64,000 nt of DNA from an uncultured delta proteobacterium (GCA_963794325.1 CAWCDG010000004.1:1056001-1120000); one strand, 5' to 3'. Shown: positions 9,255 to 20,306, numbered from the stretch's first letter. Numbers and translations are program-made. The notes: generated from the sequence alone by a model not told the origin.

Positions 9255-9502
9255 TGAGTGACATGCTCGCGCCTTTGATTCTCGATTTTCTCGAATGGAT
9301 AGCGGTCCGGCCGCGGCCTTATTCCGAAGTGATGGACGTTTGGCGCACGTCATGCCCGAGGTTGACGGTTTGGGAGGACGCGAACGAGCGCAGGTTCATC
9401 GCGCGACGGCATGTCGTCGGGAAGGAATTAGTTGTCGATCTGACGGCGGCTGGGCGCAGCTTCCTCGAGGGGAGCGGGCGAGTAGCGGAACCTAACCGCT
9501 AA
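9254..9502 (+). CDS. Small hypothetical protein
   Basis: Stop/start overlap with the dsbA-like gene; LILDFLEW...WRTSCPRL.VWEDA looks like a conserved small family. Confidence 0.65.
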   Translation: MSDMLAPLILDFLEWIAVRPRPYSEVMDVWRTSCPRLTVWEDANERRFIARRHVVGKELVVDLTAAGRSFLEGSGRVAEPNR

Positions 9503-9530
9503 CCCCTTCCCGAGCGGGAAGGGGAACCAG
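9488..9530 (+). repeat. Family B hairpin repeat
   Basis: gaacctaaccgctaaccccttcccgagcgggaaggggaacc between convergent genes. Confidence 0.85.
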
Positions 9531-9562
9531 ATCATTTTTGGATTGTGCGTGCGGCCGCGCGA

Positions 9563-9922
9563 CTAGCTGTTCGGGTCGACGCCCCATTTTTTCTTGTTTT
9601 CGGCGACCTGCTCGGGGGTCGGGTGATCGACCTTTTTGAACGGCATCACTTTGAACTGATCTTTTATTTCGAGCAGCGCGTGGTTGAGCGGGATGTCGTC
9701 CTTGAGGACCTCGGGGACGGCGGGCTCCTCGAAAATGGCCTGCCATGGGCATTCGGGCTCGCATGCGCCGCAATCGATACACTCGTCGGGATCGATGTAG
9801 AGCTGGTTGGGGAATTTTACCTTGTCGGCGCCGACGTATTCGTAAATGCAATCGACGGGGCATACGCTGACGCATCCGGTGTCAACGCAGTCGCGGCAAA
9901 GACGGGTGATGGTCCAGGGCAT
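9563..9922 (-). CDS. Ferredoxin (7Fe/dicluster, FdxA-like)
   Basis: CVSVCPVDC and [12 protein letters not shown] motifs. Confidence 0.92.
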   Translation of the reverse strand: MPWTITRLCRDCVDTGCVSVCPVDCIYEYVGADKVKFPNQLYIDPDECIDCGACEPECPWQAIFEEPAVPEVLKDDIPLNHALLEIKDQFKVMPFKKVDHPTPEQVAENKKKWGVDPNS

Positions 9923-10261
9923 GGTTGCGGCCTCGCTTGAGAATCCAGTCCTTATAGTATTGCGAAAAATATCCCGATCAAGGAATCGCCATCCCTGTTG
10001 TCGGGAATACGCGCCATAACCTATATCGGCACGGCGCCTCTGAAAAGGGCAGCGCGGGGGCTATCGTTACAGGGCAAACCCGCTGTGATCGGTGGGCAGG
10101 CGGGCTAGAATATTCGGCGCGAAGAATCGGAAAGTACAGAATCTTGAATCGCGCGTAAAGAGCGCGCTGTATAAGGTCCCTCACCTTAAATCCTCTCCCG
10201 ACGGGAGAGGGGAAGAGGCGGAGAGCAGTCTCCTTACAGGGAGAGGGGAGAGAAATTGAAG

Positions 10262-11743
10262 ATGGCATCAAAGTCGAGAGCGAAGATGCGCAAGGCCCGC
10301 ACGAAGCGCACGGTTTCCGCGAAGGCGGTGGTGGCCGTAAAGGCGCCGCGGACGGGTAACCGCGTCGAGAGCGACAGCATGGGGGCGATCGAGGTCGCGA
10401 AGGATCGCTACTGGGGAGCGCAGACCGAGCGGTCGCTGCTGCATTTCGCGATCGGATTCGATCGGATGCCGCGTTCAGTGGTGCGCGCATTCGGGATTCT
10501 GAAAAAAGCGTCGGCGGAAGTTAATCGCGACCTCGGCAAGCTGCCGGCCGACAAAGCCAGGCTCATCAGTGAGTCGGCGGACGAAGTGATCTCGGGCAAG
10601 CTCGACGAGCATTTTCCGCTGCGCATCTGGCAGACCGGCAGCGGCACGCAGACCAACATGAACGCCAACGAAGTCATTTCGAATCGCGCGATCGAGATGG
10701 CCGGCGGCGTGCTCGGCAGCAAGAAGCCGATACATCCCAACGACGACGTGAACATGTCGCAGTCGTCGAACGATACGTTTCCGACGGCGATGCATATCGC
10801 GGCGGCCGAGGAAGTCACCCACGACCTGATTCCGTCGGTGCGGAAACTGCGCGACGCGCTCGCGCGCAAGGCCAGGGAGTTCGCGGACATCGTGAAAATC
10901 GGCCGTACGCATCTGATGGACGCGGTGCCGCTGACCCTTGGGCAGGAATTCTCGGGATATGTCGCGCAGCTCGATTACGATTTGAAACGCATCGAGGCGG
11001 CGCTGCCGGACTTGCTCGAACTCGCGATCGGCGGCACGGCGGTCGGCACCGGACTGAATACGCATCCGGAATTTGCGGAGCGCGTCGCGAAAAAGATCGC
11101 GGAGTACACCGGGCTGCCGTTCAAATCCGCACCGAACAAATTTGCGGCGCTCGCGGCGCATGATGCGCTGGTGGCGGCTTCGGGAGCGCTCAAGACGCTC
11201 GCGGTCTCGCTGATGAAAATCGCCAATGACATCCGCTGGATGGGATCGGGGCCGCGCACCGGGCTGGGAGAACTGATTTTGCCGGAGAACGAGCCGGGCT
11301 CGTCGATCATGCCGGGCAAGGTGAACCCGACGCAGAGCGAGGCGATGACGATGGTCTGCATCCAGGTGATCGGCAACGACGTGGCGATCACGACGGCCGG
11401 ATCGCAGGGGAATTTCGAGCTCAACGTCTTCAAGCCGCTTATCATCCACAATTTTCTGCACTCGACGATGCTGCTGGCGCATTCGTGCGCGTCGTTCAGC
11501 AAGTACTGCGTCGAAGGAATCCAGCCGAATCGCGAGCAGCTTGAGCGCAACGTCAAGAGTTCGTTGATGCTGGTGACGGCGCTGAGCGAACCTATCGGCT
11601 ACGACAATGCGGCCAAAGTCGCAAAGAAGGCGCATGCGGAAAACATCACGCTGCGCGAGGCGGCGATCGCGCTGAAGCTGCTCTCGGGAGAGGAGTTCGA
11701 CCGGCTGGTGCGCGCGGACAAGATGCTCGCTCCGGAAGGCTGA
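10262..11743 (+). CDS. fumC: Fumarate hydratase class II
   Basis: [13 protein letters not shown] signature, [23 protein letters not shown]. Confidence 0.97.
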   Translation: MASKSRAKMRKARTKRTVSAKAVVAVKAPRTGNRVESDSMGAIEVAKDRYWGAQTERSLLHFAIGFDRMPRSVVRAFGILKKASAEVNRDLGKLPADKARLISESADEVISGKLDEHFPLRIWQTGSGTQTNMNANEVISNRAIEMAGGVLGSKKPIHPNDDVNMSQSSNDTFPTAMHIAAAEEVTHDLIPSVRKLRDALARKAREFADIVKIGRTHLMDAVPLTLGQEFSGYVAQLDYDLKRIEAALPDLLELAIGGTAVGTGLNTHPEFAERVAKKIAEYTGLPFKSAPNKFAALAAHDALVAASGALKTLAVSLMKIANDIRWMGSGPRTGLGELILPENEPGSSIMPGKVNPTQSEAMTMVCIQVIGNDVAITTAGSQGNFELNVFKPLIIHNFLHSTMLLAHSCASFSKYCVEGIQPNREQLERNVKSSLMLVTALSEPIGYDNAAKVAKKAHAENITLREAAIALKLLSGEEFDRLVRADKMLAPEG

Positions 11744-11965
11744 ACAGGCCGTTGATAAATCACGGCCCGTTCCCCCTCTCTTATCTCGCCCGCAACCGAG
11801 CGGGAGAGAAGATAAAGGAAAGCAGCCAGCTTTTACACACCTGTGACGGGATGCGTCGGGGGATCGTTGCGATCGCGATTGCGATCGTCGCGGCGATGTG
11901 GTGGCCGGCTGCGTCTCGCGCGGCGCAAACTCCGGGCGGCATCGCGACCGATCCGATCAGAAAGA

Positions 11966-13577
11966 TCACATCCTGAAGACGCCGAAGCCTGGGTGCTCGG
12001 GGATTGGGGCGTTCATCGAGGCGGCGATGCCCAGCGCCAGTGCGGCGCGCGTTTCGACGGGATCGAGAACGCCGTCGTCCCATAGGCGCGCGCTGGAGTA
12101 GTAAACGCTCGACTCGAGTTCGTACTTCTCGAGCGTCGGGCGCATGAAACTCCTTCTGCTCGGCTTCCGTCATCGTCGCGCTTTCGCGCTTCAACTGATC
12201 GAGCTTCACCGTGAGCAGCGTGTTCGCGGCCTGTTCTCCGCCCATTACTGAAATACGCGCGTTCGGCCACATGAACAGCAATCGCGGCGAGTATGCGCGT
12301 CCGCACATCCCGTAATTTCCCGCGCCGTTGGACGCGCCGATAATCACCGTGAACTTCGGGACCTGCGCGTTGGCGACCGCGTTGACCATCTTGGCGCCGT
12401 CCTTTGCGATGCCGCCTTGCTCGTAGCGCTTGCCGACGATGAAGCCGGTGATGTTTTGCAGGAACAGGAGCGGGATGCGGCGCGCGCAGCATAGTTCGAT
12501 GAAGTGGGTCGCCTTCAGCGCGGACTCGCTGAACAGCACGCCATTGTTGGCGATGATGCCGACGGGGTAGCCGTAGATTCGTGCGAAGCCGGTGACGAGC
12601 GTCGTCGCATAGCGCGCCTTGAACTCATGCATGCGGCTGCCATCGACCAGCCGCGCGATCACTTCGCGCACGTCGTAAGGCTTGCGAGTATCGACCGGGA
12701 TGATGCCGTAAAGTTCGGCCGGGTCGTAGTGCGGATCCTCGGGCGTGTCCTGCTCGATCGCGGGGATGGTGCGAGGTCCGAGGTTCTCGAAGATTGCGCG
12801 TGCAATCTGGAGTGCGTGATCGTCGTCGTCGGCCAGGTGATCGCTCACGCCCGACAGTCGAGTATGCACGTCGCCGCCGCCGAGCTCCTCGGCGGTCACT
12901 TCCTCGCCGGTCGCGGCGCGCACCAGCGGCGGTCCCGCCAGGAAGATCGTTCCCTCCTCGCGGACGATGATGTTTTCGTCGCACATCGCGGGCACGTACG
13001 CGCCGCCCGCCGTGCAACTGCCCATCACGACCGCGACCTGCGCCAGTCCAATCGCGGACATCCGCGCCTGGTTGTAAAAGATGCGGCCGAAGTGATGCTC
13101 ATCGGGAAAAATCTCGGACTGCATCGGCAGGAACGCGCCGCCCGAATCGACGAGGTAAACGCACGGCAGTCGATTTTCGATCGCGATTTGTTGCGCGCGC
13201 AGATGCTTCTTCACCGTCATCGGAAAGTACGTGCCGCCTTTGACGGTCGCGTCGTTGGCGACGATGACCGCCTCGCGTCCGTGAATTCTGCCGACGCCGG
13301 TGATGATGCTCGCCGACGGCGAGTCGCCGTCGTACATATTGAATGCGGCCAGCGGGGACAGCTCGAGGAATGGACTGCCGGGATCGAGAAGTTTTTTTAC
13401 GCGGTCACGCGCGAGCAGCTTGCCGCGTTCGACGTGGCGCGCGCGCGCTTGAGCGGGACCGCCCTGGCGGACCCGCTCGATTTCGTCGCGCAGCCGCTTG
13501 ACCAGCGAGTCCATCGCGTCGCGGTTGCGCCGGAACTCATCGGAGTTGGTGTTCAGCCGCGATTCAATTCGATCCAT
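11966..13577 (-). CDS. 3-methylcrotonyl-CoA carboxylase beta (carboxyltransferase) subunit, with an apparent +1 frameshift near 12148
   Basis: GSCTAGGAY and [12 protein letters not shown] motifs. The family C-terminus ([12 protein letters not shown]...GVFRM*) lies in another frame and ends at 11966. Confidence 0.9.
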
Positions 13578-13631
13578 TTGTGTAACCTTGAGCCTGCGCT
13601 AAATATTAGAAAGACGGGCTAGATACTAGCG

Positions 13632-15965
13632 ATGCGTGAACGCGATCTGAAAGCACTCGAATTCGACAAGGTGATTCACCTCGTCATCGAGCTTTGCGCC
13701 TCCGAGCCGGGGCGCGAGGCGACCGCCGAGTTGCGCCCGTCGATCGAGGTGCCCGAAGTTCGCGAGCGGCTCACCGCGACTGCCGAGATGGTCGAGCTGC
13801 GATCGCATGCCGGATCGATCCCGATAAGCGAATTCACCGATCAGCGGCCGTACCTGCTCGTGGCGGCGCGCGCGGGTGCGATACTCGGCGGCGAAGCGCT
13901 GGTGAAGGTGCGCGATTTTATCGTGGGATCGCGGCACGTCAGCGGATTTCTACGATCGCGCGTCGAGCGCTTCCCGCATGTCGCAGCTCTGGTAAATAAC
14001 CTGCTCGCGCCGAAAGAGCTCGCCGACGCGATGCTCGGTGCGCTGGCCGACGACGGCACGATACTGGACGACGCGAGCCCCGAGCTGAAGCGGCTGCGCA
14101 GCCGGCTGCGCGATGAGCGCGCGGAACTCGAGGCGCGCCTTTTGCGATCGCTCAACGCGTCGGGGATGGAATCGTTCGTCTCGGATTACATCGTGACGAT
14201 TCGCAATCGCCGGTTCGTGCTGCCGATGAAGCTGAACTATTCGGAGCGCTTCGAGGGAATCGTGCAGGACCGCAGCGTGTCGGGCGAGACGCTGTTCGTC
14301 GAGCCGATGTGGGCGGTCGAGCTGAACAACCGTCTGATGATGCTCGAGCGGGAAGCGGAGGCGGAAGAAACACGAATCCTCGCGGCGCTGACCGCGATGA
14401 TCGGCGGCTACACACCTGAGTTGCAGCTGACGTTCGACGCGATGGTGGCGATCGACGCGCTCAACGCACGCGCGCTTTTCGCCGAGCGCTTTCGATGCGT
14501 CGAGCCGCAGCTGGTCGATGAGGGAATCGATTTTATTGGCGCGCGGCATCCGCTGCTGATGACCAGCGGCCGCGACGTGATTCCGATCGACGTGAAGATT
14601 GGCGCCGGTCAGCGCGGTATCGTAATCTCGGGTCCGAACACCGGCGGAAAAACCGTCGCGCTCAAGACGGTCGGGCTGCTGTCGCTGATGGCGCAGGCCG
14701 GGATGCTGATTCCCGCGCTCGCGGGCAGCAAGGCGACGGTGTTTCGCAGTGTGTTCGCCGATATCGGCGACGAGCAGTCTATCGAATCGAACCTGTCGAG
14801 TTTTTCGGGGCATATCGCGAACCTGTCCGAGATAATCAGATCGCTGGTCGAGCCGGCGCTGGTGATTCTCGACGAGCCGGGCGCCGGCACCGACCCGGCC
14901 GAGGGCGCGGCGCTTGCGATCGGATTGATGAACCACCTGGGGACGCGGCGCTGCATGCTGGCGATCGCGACGCATTCGACCGCAGTGAAACTGCACGCAT
15001 ACTCGCAAGCCAGGTTCGAGGCCGCGGCGGTGGACTTCGACGCCGAGCATCTCGCGCCGTTGTACCGCCTGAAGCCGCATACGATTGGGCAGAGTTACGG
15101 ACTCGCGGTCGCGCGCCGGCTCGGACTCCCCGAGGAAATAATTCGCGCGGCAGAACAATCGATGGGCACCGGAACTGTCGAGCTGACCGACTCACTGAAA
15201 AGGCTCGACGCCGAGCGCGCCAAGCTAAATGCGCAGCTCGAAAAATTGCGGGAGCGCGAACTCAACCTGGCTCAGATCGAGCAGGATGTCCTTCAACGAG
15301 CTGAAAAGGCGCGCGAGCGCGTCGAGCTCGAGCGCGGGCGGTTGCGGGCCGAAGTCGCGGAACTGATCGAGGAGCTCCGACGCGACGGTGCGAAGCTGAT
15401 GGATGATCTGAGATCCAGGGAAAAATCGCGCCCCGATTTGAAGGGATTCATCACGAAGTCAGCGGCGAAACTCGAGAGTCTTGCGCCCACTGATGCCGCG
15501 ACCGAATCGAACGCGCCGCTGAAGGTCGGCGATAGCGTCGAGGTCGGCGACATTCGGGGCGAGCTGATCGTGCTCGAGGCTAGCCGCGCCGTGATCAGCC
15601 GCGGCGGCTTGAGAATAGAAGTCTCGCCCGAGCGGTTGCGCAGGTCGGCGGTTGCGCCGCCCGAACTTCGGCCCGCGCGGACCAAAGAGCCGGCCGTCAC
15701 CTTCAGCGTCGAGACTGGCGAGGGTAACGAGTTGAATCTGATCGGGATGCGCACGACGGACGCACTGCGCAAGCTCGAGGAATTTCTCGACACCGCATTC
15801 CTGACCAATCGCGCGGAGGTGCGGATCGTTCATGGGATTGGATCGGGCGCGCTGCGCAAGGCTGTCGCGGAATACCTGGGTAGCTCGCCGTATTGCGCGT
15901 CGTTTCGCGGCGCAGAACCGCATCATGGAGGTGCGGGCGCGACGATCGTGCAGATGAATTTGTGA
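13632..15965 (+). CDS. mutS2: MutS2 family protein (ribosome-splitting/anti-recombination ATPase with Smr domain)
   Basis: LEFDK start, SGPNTGGKT Walker A, DEPGAGTDP, C-terminal IVHGIGSG Smr domain. Confidence 0.95.
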   Translation: MRERDLKALEFDKVIHLVIELCASEPGREATAELRPSIEVPEVRERLTATAEMVELRSHAGSIPISEFTDQRPYLLVAARAGAILGGEALVKVRDFIVGSRHVSGFLRSRVERFPHVAALVNNLLAPKELADAMLGALADDGTILDDASPELKRLRSRLRDERAELEARLLRSLNASGMESFVSDYIVTIRNRRFVLPMKLNYSERFEGIVQDRSVSGETLFVEPMWAVELNNRLMMLEREAEAEETRILAALTAMIGGYTPELQLTFDAMVAIDALNARALFAERFRCVEPQLVDEGIDFIGARHPLLMTSGRDVIPIDVKIGAGQRGIVISGPNTGGKTVALKTVGLLSLMAQAGMLIPALAGSKATVFRSVFADIGDEQSIESNLSSFSGHIANLSEIIRSLVEPALVILDEPGAGTDPAEGAALAIGLMNHLGTRRCMLAIATHSTAVKLHAYSQARFEAAAVDFDAEHLAPLYRLKPHTIGQSYGLAVARRLGLPEEIIRAAEQSMGTGTVELTDSLKRLDAERAKLNAQLEKLRERELNLAQIEQDVLQRAEKARERVELERGRLRAEVAELIEELRRDGAKLMDDLRSREKSRPDLKGFITKSAAKLESLAPTDAATESNAPLKVGDSVEVGDIRGELIVLEASRAVISRGGLRIEVSPERLRRSAVAPPELRPARTKEPAVTFSVETGEGNELNLIGMRTTDALRKLEEFLDTAFLTNRAEVRIVHGIGSGALRKAVAEYLGSSPYCASFRGAEPHHGGAGATIVQMNL

Positions 15966-15984
15966 GAGAGCCATCTAATTTAAT

Positions 15985-16235
15985 GCGGAACCCGCGGTGG
16001 GTTCCGCACCTCCTTCGGCAGGGGTGACCCCTGCACCCAGTATCAGGAAAGAAAAAGATGCGGGACTTCGTCCCTGTTAGAACTTTGTCGGGGAAGAGGT
16101 GGATTCCGCGGCAAGCTGAAATGCTCGCGCACTGAGGGGACGCTAAGAACCTAACCCCTAACCCCTTCCCGAGCGGGAAGGGGAACCGGATTGTTTGGAG
16201 TAACCCCTTCCTGCGCGGGAAGGGGGACCGGATTG
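15985..16235 (+). repeat. Mosaic of a family A element (15985-16082) and two family B hairpins (16145-16235)
   Basis: Three family A hairpins followed by aagaacctaacccctaaccccttcccgagcgggaagggg and a second variant. Confidence 0.9.
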
Positions 16236-16242
16236 GAAAAGA

Positions 16243-18801
16243 TCAGAACAGTTTCTTCAGCTGATCGAGCGGGTTTGGCGGCGGATTGGAGTTGCTTCCG
16301 CCGTTGTTGCTACCCGAGCCGCTGTTGTTGCTGCCCGAACCGCTGCCGTCGCCCGAACTGTCACCGCCGCCGAGGAATTTTCCCAATCCTCCGGGGAGGC
16401 CTTTTTTGCCGAAGACCTTGCCTAGATACTTTTGTCCCTGCGCCTGGACCGCGTGATTCGCGGCGCGCTGCGCCAGTTCGGTCACATTGGGCAGAACTTG
16501 CGGCTTGGGCAATTGGCCGACGACTTGCAACGGGATGTCGATTTGTCCGTCCTTGTTCGCGACGAACGCGACTTCCTTCTTCTGTTCAATCAATTCCTTA
16601 CTGAATTGCGGCGAGAGCACGATTCGCGCCGCCAGGTCGATATTTTTGTCCATATCGAACCATCCGTCGCCGAGCAGATTGTAGTCGACCGTCTGCATCT
16701 TGATGTCGTGCGACGTGATTCGCGGACCTTCGAGCACGAAGGTAAGACTCGCCTGCTGGATGTCGGTATCGGGATTGCTGAAAAGCTCCGGATGGTTCTT
16801 GATAACCGAGTCGGGCACCAGGTTGCCGATTGCGGGAAGGTTCTGCACCTTGCTGAGCGCCTGTCCGCCGACGTTGACGCCGACCAGCTTGCCGTTGGTC
16901 AGAGTGAGACTGCCGTTGCCGCGGAACGTCGGCTTCATCTCGTCGAAGGTGCCGGTCTTCGCGCTGACCTTGATATTTCCACCGAGCGCGCCGCGAACCG
17001 TTCCGGCAGCTTTGGATTTCTGCGAGTCGAGCGCCTGCTGCACATCGATATTGGTGAAACTGATCGACGCTTCCATCGGCGCCGACGCTTCGAGCCACGT
17101 GTTCCCAGTCGCCACGATGTCGCCGGAGAACGCTTTCAGTCTGAGCGTCGTCACCCGGACTTGTTTCTCTTTGAGCGACACGGACAGGTTGAGATTCTGA
17201 TACGGGACATTCGCGAGGTTGCCCGACGGCGACGTGATATCAGAATCGACGGTCGGACCGGTCACGGAGCCAATCGAGACTGCGCCTTTGGCAAAGAGCT
17301 GGTTGATCACTTCGTCGGGCGGACGCGATGGCGCGAGGTCCGCGAGGCGAACCGCATTGGCATTCAGTTCGTAGCTCATCACCAGGGGCTGGAACTGATC
17401 GATATGCGACTTCACGGTCGCATTCTGCGCGCCGAGGTTGAAAGTCAGCGGCCCGACGTCGGCGCCGGTTCCCTCGAGCTTGATGTTACCGCTCAGGTTG
17501 GTCAGCGGTGGCGCTTTCTGATCGGGCATCGATATTCCGACGCCGGCCAGCGCGACAGTGCCGTCGGCCGACACCTTGCCGTTGGCGAGCGTCGCGGCGG
17601 AATGAATCTCGGTCTTGCCCGAGAGGTTGTACTTGCCCAGCGCCGGGACCATTTTCGCCAGCGAACCGATATCGAAATTGTTGGTATCGACGTGCGCCGC
17701 GGTCGTGCCATGACCGATTTTGATATCGGTCGCCTTCGCCTCGAGGTCGCCGGCCGTGATGTTGGCGAGAGTCACCGTGACGGCGGCGTCGGTGCGCGAG
17801 CCCTCCGCCGAAATCTTCAGCGGGGTGTCGGCGGGCTTGGCGAACGAATCGCCGAACGCAATTGCGGGCGCGCTCAAGTCGCTCGAGACGTTGAACTTGA
17901 TCGATTGAACGGTGCCATCAGCGGTGGCGTCGAAGCTGACCGGGCCGGAAATCGAGAGCGGCGGCGGTATCGATTTGGCGAGCATCGGGATCGTCTTGAG
18001 TTGCGTCAGCAGAATCGGACCGACCTTGGCGGTGGCGGAGATGGGAATCGCGTCAACGTCGATAACGCCATTGTTGATCAGCGGGCCAATCGTCGCGGAA
18101 AGATCGAAGTTCTGCTGATCGCTGAGAGCCGCGAAGGTGACCGCGACGGTGAACTGCGCGTTGAAGACGAAATCGCGCAGCTTGAGATTAATCGCGTTGA
18201 TGGTTGCCGCTTCCGGCGCGCCCTGCGTCTCATAAGTCAAAGTGCCGTCGTTGATCGAGAAATTCTGCACCTGCAGCGAGCCCAACGTCGCGGGCGCCTT
18301 GCCCGCTTCCGCCATCGGCGATTCCTGGTTGGCGCCGCCGCCCTCGCCTTCACCCTTCCCGCCTGGCTGCGATTCCTGTTCGGTATGGACTTTGTTTCGG
18401 CCGAGCGTCGAGACGTTGAACTCACCGTCGCGAGTCTGAACGATTCGGATCACCGGCTTATCGAGCACGACTTCGGTGACTTCGATCCGGCGCGCCAACA
18501 GCGGCAACAGTTGCAAGCGGGTGTAGACGTTGCTCGCCTCGATAAACGGTTTTTTCGAAATCTCGGGATCGTCGGCCACCTGCACACCCGTGACGTCGGC
18601 GAGGATTCCCCATCCCAGACTCACCTTGATGTCGTCGGCGTGCACCTTCCGGCCAAGCGCGGTGCTGACCTTGTCGAGAATATTCTGGCGGCGCTCGGCG
18701 ATGATCGAGTTGAGGTTAGTCGCGGCGTAGAAGAGGATCGCGCCGGCGAAAATCACGACGGCGCCGACAATTGCGGCGGCAATTACGATGACACGACGCA
18801 T
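16243..18801 (-). CDS. AsmA family (bridge-like lipid transfer) protein
   Basis: N-terminal TM helix, LLPLL.RRIEV.EVVL.KP AsmA-N motif, beta-rich body, IPLQVVGQL.KP C-terminus. Confidence 0.85.
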   Translation of the reverse strand: MRRVIVIAAAIVGAVVIFAGAILFYAATNLNSIIAERRQNILDKVSTALGRKVHADDIKVSLGWGILADVTGVQVADDPEISKKPFIEASNVYTRLQLLPLLARRIEVTEVVLDKPVIRIVQTRDGEFNVSTLGRNKVHTEQESQPGGKGEGEGGGANQESPMAEAGKAPATLGSLQVQNFSINDGTLTYETQGAPEAATINAINLKLRDFVFNAQFTVAVTFAALSDQQNFDLSATIGPLINNGVIDVDAIPISATAKVGPILLTQLKTIPMLAKSIPPPLSISGPVSFDATADGTVQSIKFNVSSDLSAPAIAFGDSFAKPADTPLKISAEGSRTDAAVTVTLANITAGDLEAKATDIKIGHGTTAAHVDTNNFDIGSLAKMVPALGKYNLSGKTEIHSAATLANGKVSADGTVALAGVGISMPDQKAPPLTNLSGNIKLEGTGADVGPLTFNLGAQNATVKSHIDQFQPLVMSYELNANAVRLADLAPSRPPDEVINQLFAKGAVSIGSVTGPTVDSDITSPSGNLANVPYQNLNLSVSLKEKQVRVTTLRLKAFSGDIVATGNTWLEASAPMEASISFTNIDVQQALDSQKSKAAGTVRGALGGNIKVSAKTGTFDEMKPTFRGNGSLTLTNGKLVGVNVGGQALSKVQNLPAIGNLVPDSVIKNHPELFSNPDTDIQQASLTFVLEGPRITSHDIKMQTVDYNLLGDGWFDMDKNIDLAARIVLSPQFSKELIEQKKEVAFVANKDGQIDIPLQVVGQLPKPQVLPNVTELAQRAANHAVQAQGQKYLGKVFGKKGLPGGLGKFLGGGDSSGDGSGSGSNNSGSGSNNGGSNSNPPPNPLDQLKKLF

Positions 18802-18883
18802 ATGAAGGTCCTCACGCCGGCCAGTCTAGTCGATGCGCGCCGGATGCGCATCATTTCAGCGTTCGATTTTATCTGTGTGCGGT

Positions 18884-18963
18884 TGGTGGCACAGGCTTTA
18901 GCCTGTGATTTTCTGCTCCATGCAAATCGAGGAAAGAATCACAGGCTGAAGCCTGTGCCACCA
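18884..18963. repeat. 27-bp inverted repeat pair of small palindromes (family E)
   Basis: tggtggcacaggct(t/c)agcctgtgatt arms at 18884-18910 and 18937-18963. Confidence 0.9.
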
Positions 18964-19039
18964 GGATCGCGCGTCGGTTTGAACCGCGTTGCGTCCTCGG
19001 CGTAGTCTGTCATCCATCCCGATCCTGCGCACCATCCTG

Positions 19040-19852
19040 ATGGCGAAAAAGCGAAAGCATGGCCGCACCGAGAACGAGCCGGAAGGCGAACGAAAGGCGA
19101 CGCCGGCGCCTGCAAAAGTCTTTTCGTCACCATTTAAGGATCTGAAAAAGATGCTCGCCGAGCGCGAGCGGACTGTGCCGAAGGCGCCACCAGTAATCAA
19201 GCCCAAGGTCGCGGCTCCTGTCGCCGCGCCGGCCGTTGAAAAATCTGCGGCGCCTGCGGAAGAACTACTCGATGACGAATCGTTTCTGCGGCAAGCGCTT
19301 CAAGGAGTGCGGCCGCTGCATCGCAACGGTATCGCGCGATCACGAATACCGCTCGACCCGCCGACCACGCACACGATCGTCGACGAGGACGCCGAGGTGA
19401 TCGCTCTGCTGTCTGACCTCGTGTCGGGACTGGCGCCGTTCGATATCACCGAGTCCGACGAATACGTCGAGGGCTACCGCAAGGGCATCGACCCGCGGCT
19501 TGTGTCGCAACTCCGACGCGGCGAGTTCGCCGTGCAGGCGCATTTCGACATGCACGGGATGATCCAGGGTGCGGCGAAGGAAGCGCTGAAAGAGTTCATC
19601 ATCGCGTCGGTGCGCAAGGGACTGCGTGCCGTGCTGGTCGTTCATGGACGCGGACTGCGCTCGCCCGGTGGGCATTCGGTGCTCAAGCATGCGAGCGCAG
19701 GATGGCTCTCGCATGGCGCGATTGGCGGTCACGTACTGGCGTTCACAACCGCGCGCCCGGCGGACGGCGGCGCGGGAGCGACGTACGTATTGCTGAAGCG
19801 CGAGAAGAGTCGAGCACCGTTCGATATTCTGCAAGGGGCGAAGCGGCGGTAG
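19040..19852 (+). CDS. Stand-alone Smr domain endonuclease (SmrA/SmrB-like)
   Basis: FDMHG, VVHGRG and GGAGATYVLL motifs. Confidence 0.9.
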   Translation: MAKKRKHGRTENEPEGERKATPAPAKVFSSPFKDLKKMLAERERTVPKAPPVIKPKVAAPVAAPAVEKSAAPAEELLDDESFLRQALQGVRPLHRNGIARSRIPLDPPTTHTIVDEDAEVIALLSDLVSGLAPFDITESDEYVEGYRKGIDPRLVSQLRRGEFAVQAHFDMHGMIQGAAKEALKEFIIASVRKGLRAVLVVHGRGLRSPGGHSVLKHASAGWLSHGAIGGHVLAFTTARPADGGAGATYVLLKREKSRAPFDILQGAKRR

Positions 19853-19875
19853 CGGGGGGAAGGGGAAAGAACTTG

Positions 19876-19974
19876 ATTGTAGTGAAACCCCTCCTGGGTT
19901 TCACGCTTCCCTGGGCAGGGTTAAACCCTGCACCTTAGAATTAAGAAAGATGCGGGACTTCGTCCCTGTTAGAA
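19876..19974 (+). repeat. Family A three-hairpin element
   Basis: gtgaaaccc-N5-gggtttcac; gcagggttaaaccctgc; gggacttcgtccc. Confidence 0.9.
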
Positions 19975-19997
19975 GTTTTTAGGGTCGGAGGATCTTA

Positions 19998-20222
19998 ACC
20001 TCTCCTTGTCCGAGGAGAGGTCGGCGCGAGCCGAAGGCGAGCGACGGGAGTGGTGCAGCGCTGGCCGTCGCAACAACGCCCGTTGTGCTGCTGTCGAACG
20101 GCGGACTGGTGTCTCTACATTGAGATTAAACGAGTCGAAGTTGGTGGGCTGTCGCAGGTTGCACCACTCCCGGCGACACCGCTTCGCGGCTTTCGCCGAC
20201 CTCTCCTCGGACAAGGAGAGGT
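19998..20222. mobile_element. MITE/REPIN-like element with long terminal inverted repeats
   Basis: Outer 29 bp are a perfect inverted repeat (acctctccttgtccgaggagaggtcggcg), imperfect to about 60 bp, around about 100 bp of unique DNA. Confidence 0.55.
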
Positions 20223-20274
20223 AGGATCGCTTCCACGCCTCCTTGGTAGGGGTGGGCCCCGGCACCAGTGATAA

Positions 20275-20306
20275 GAAAAGAAACGGGGCCCGCGATGGGC
20301 CCCGCT
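20275..20306 (-). terminator. Intrinsic terminator of the atpZIBE transcript
   Basis: Minus strand cggggccc-atcgc-gggccccg followed by tttcttttc. Confidence 0.75.

Noticed and set aside
11781-11965. Extended C-terminus of the 598-aa carboxyltransferase ORF
   Set aside because: Product of the frameshift; the family C-terminus ends at 11966.
16145-16190. cctaacccctaacccc as telomeric repeat or eukaryotic contamination
   Set aside because: Only two units, always attached to the same hairpin; it is the head of a REP-like family.
16432-19005. 857-aa plus-strand ORF and other long antisense ORFs (e.g. 24361..25965, 36633..38201)
   Set aside because: Shadow frames of well-supported genes in high-GC DNA, with no recognisable motifs.
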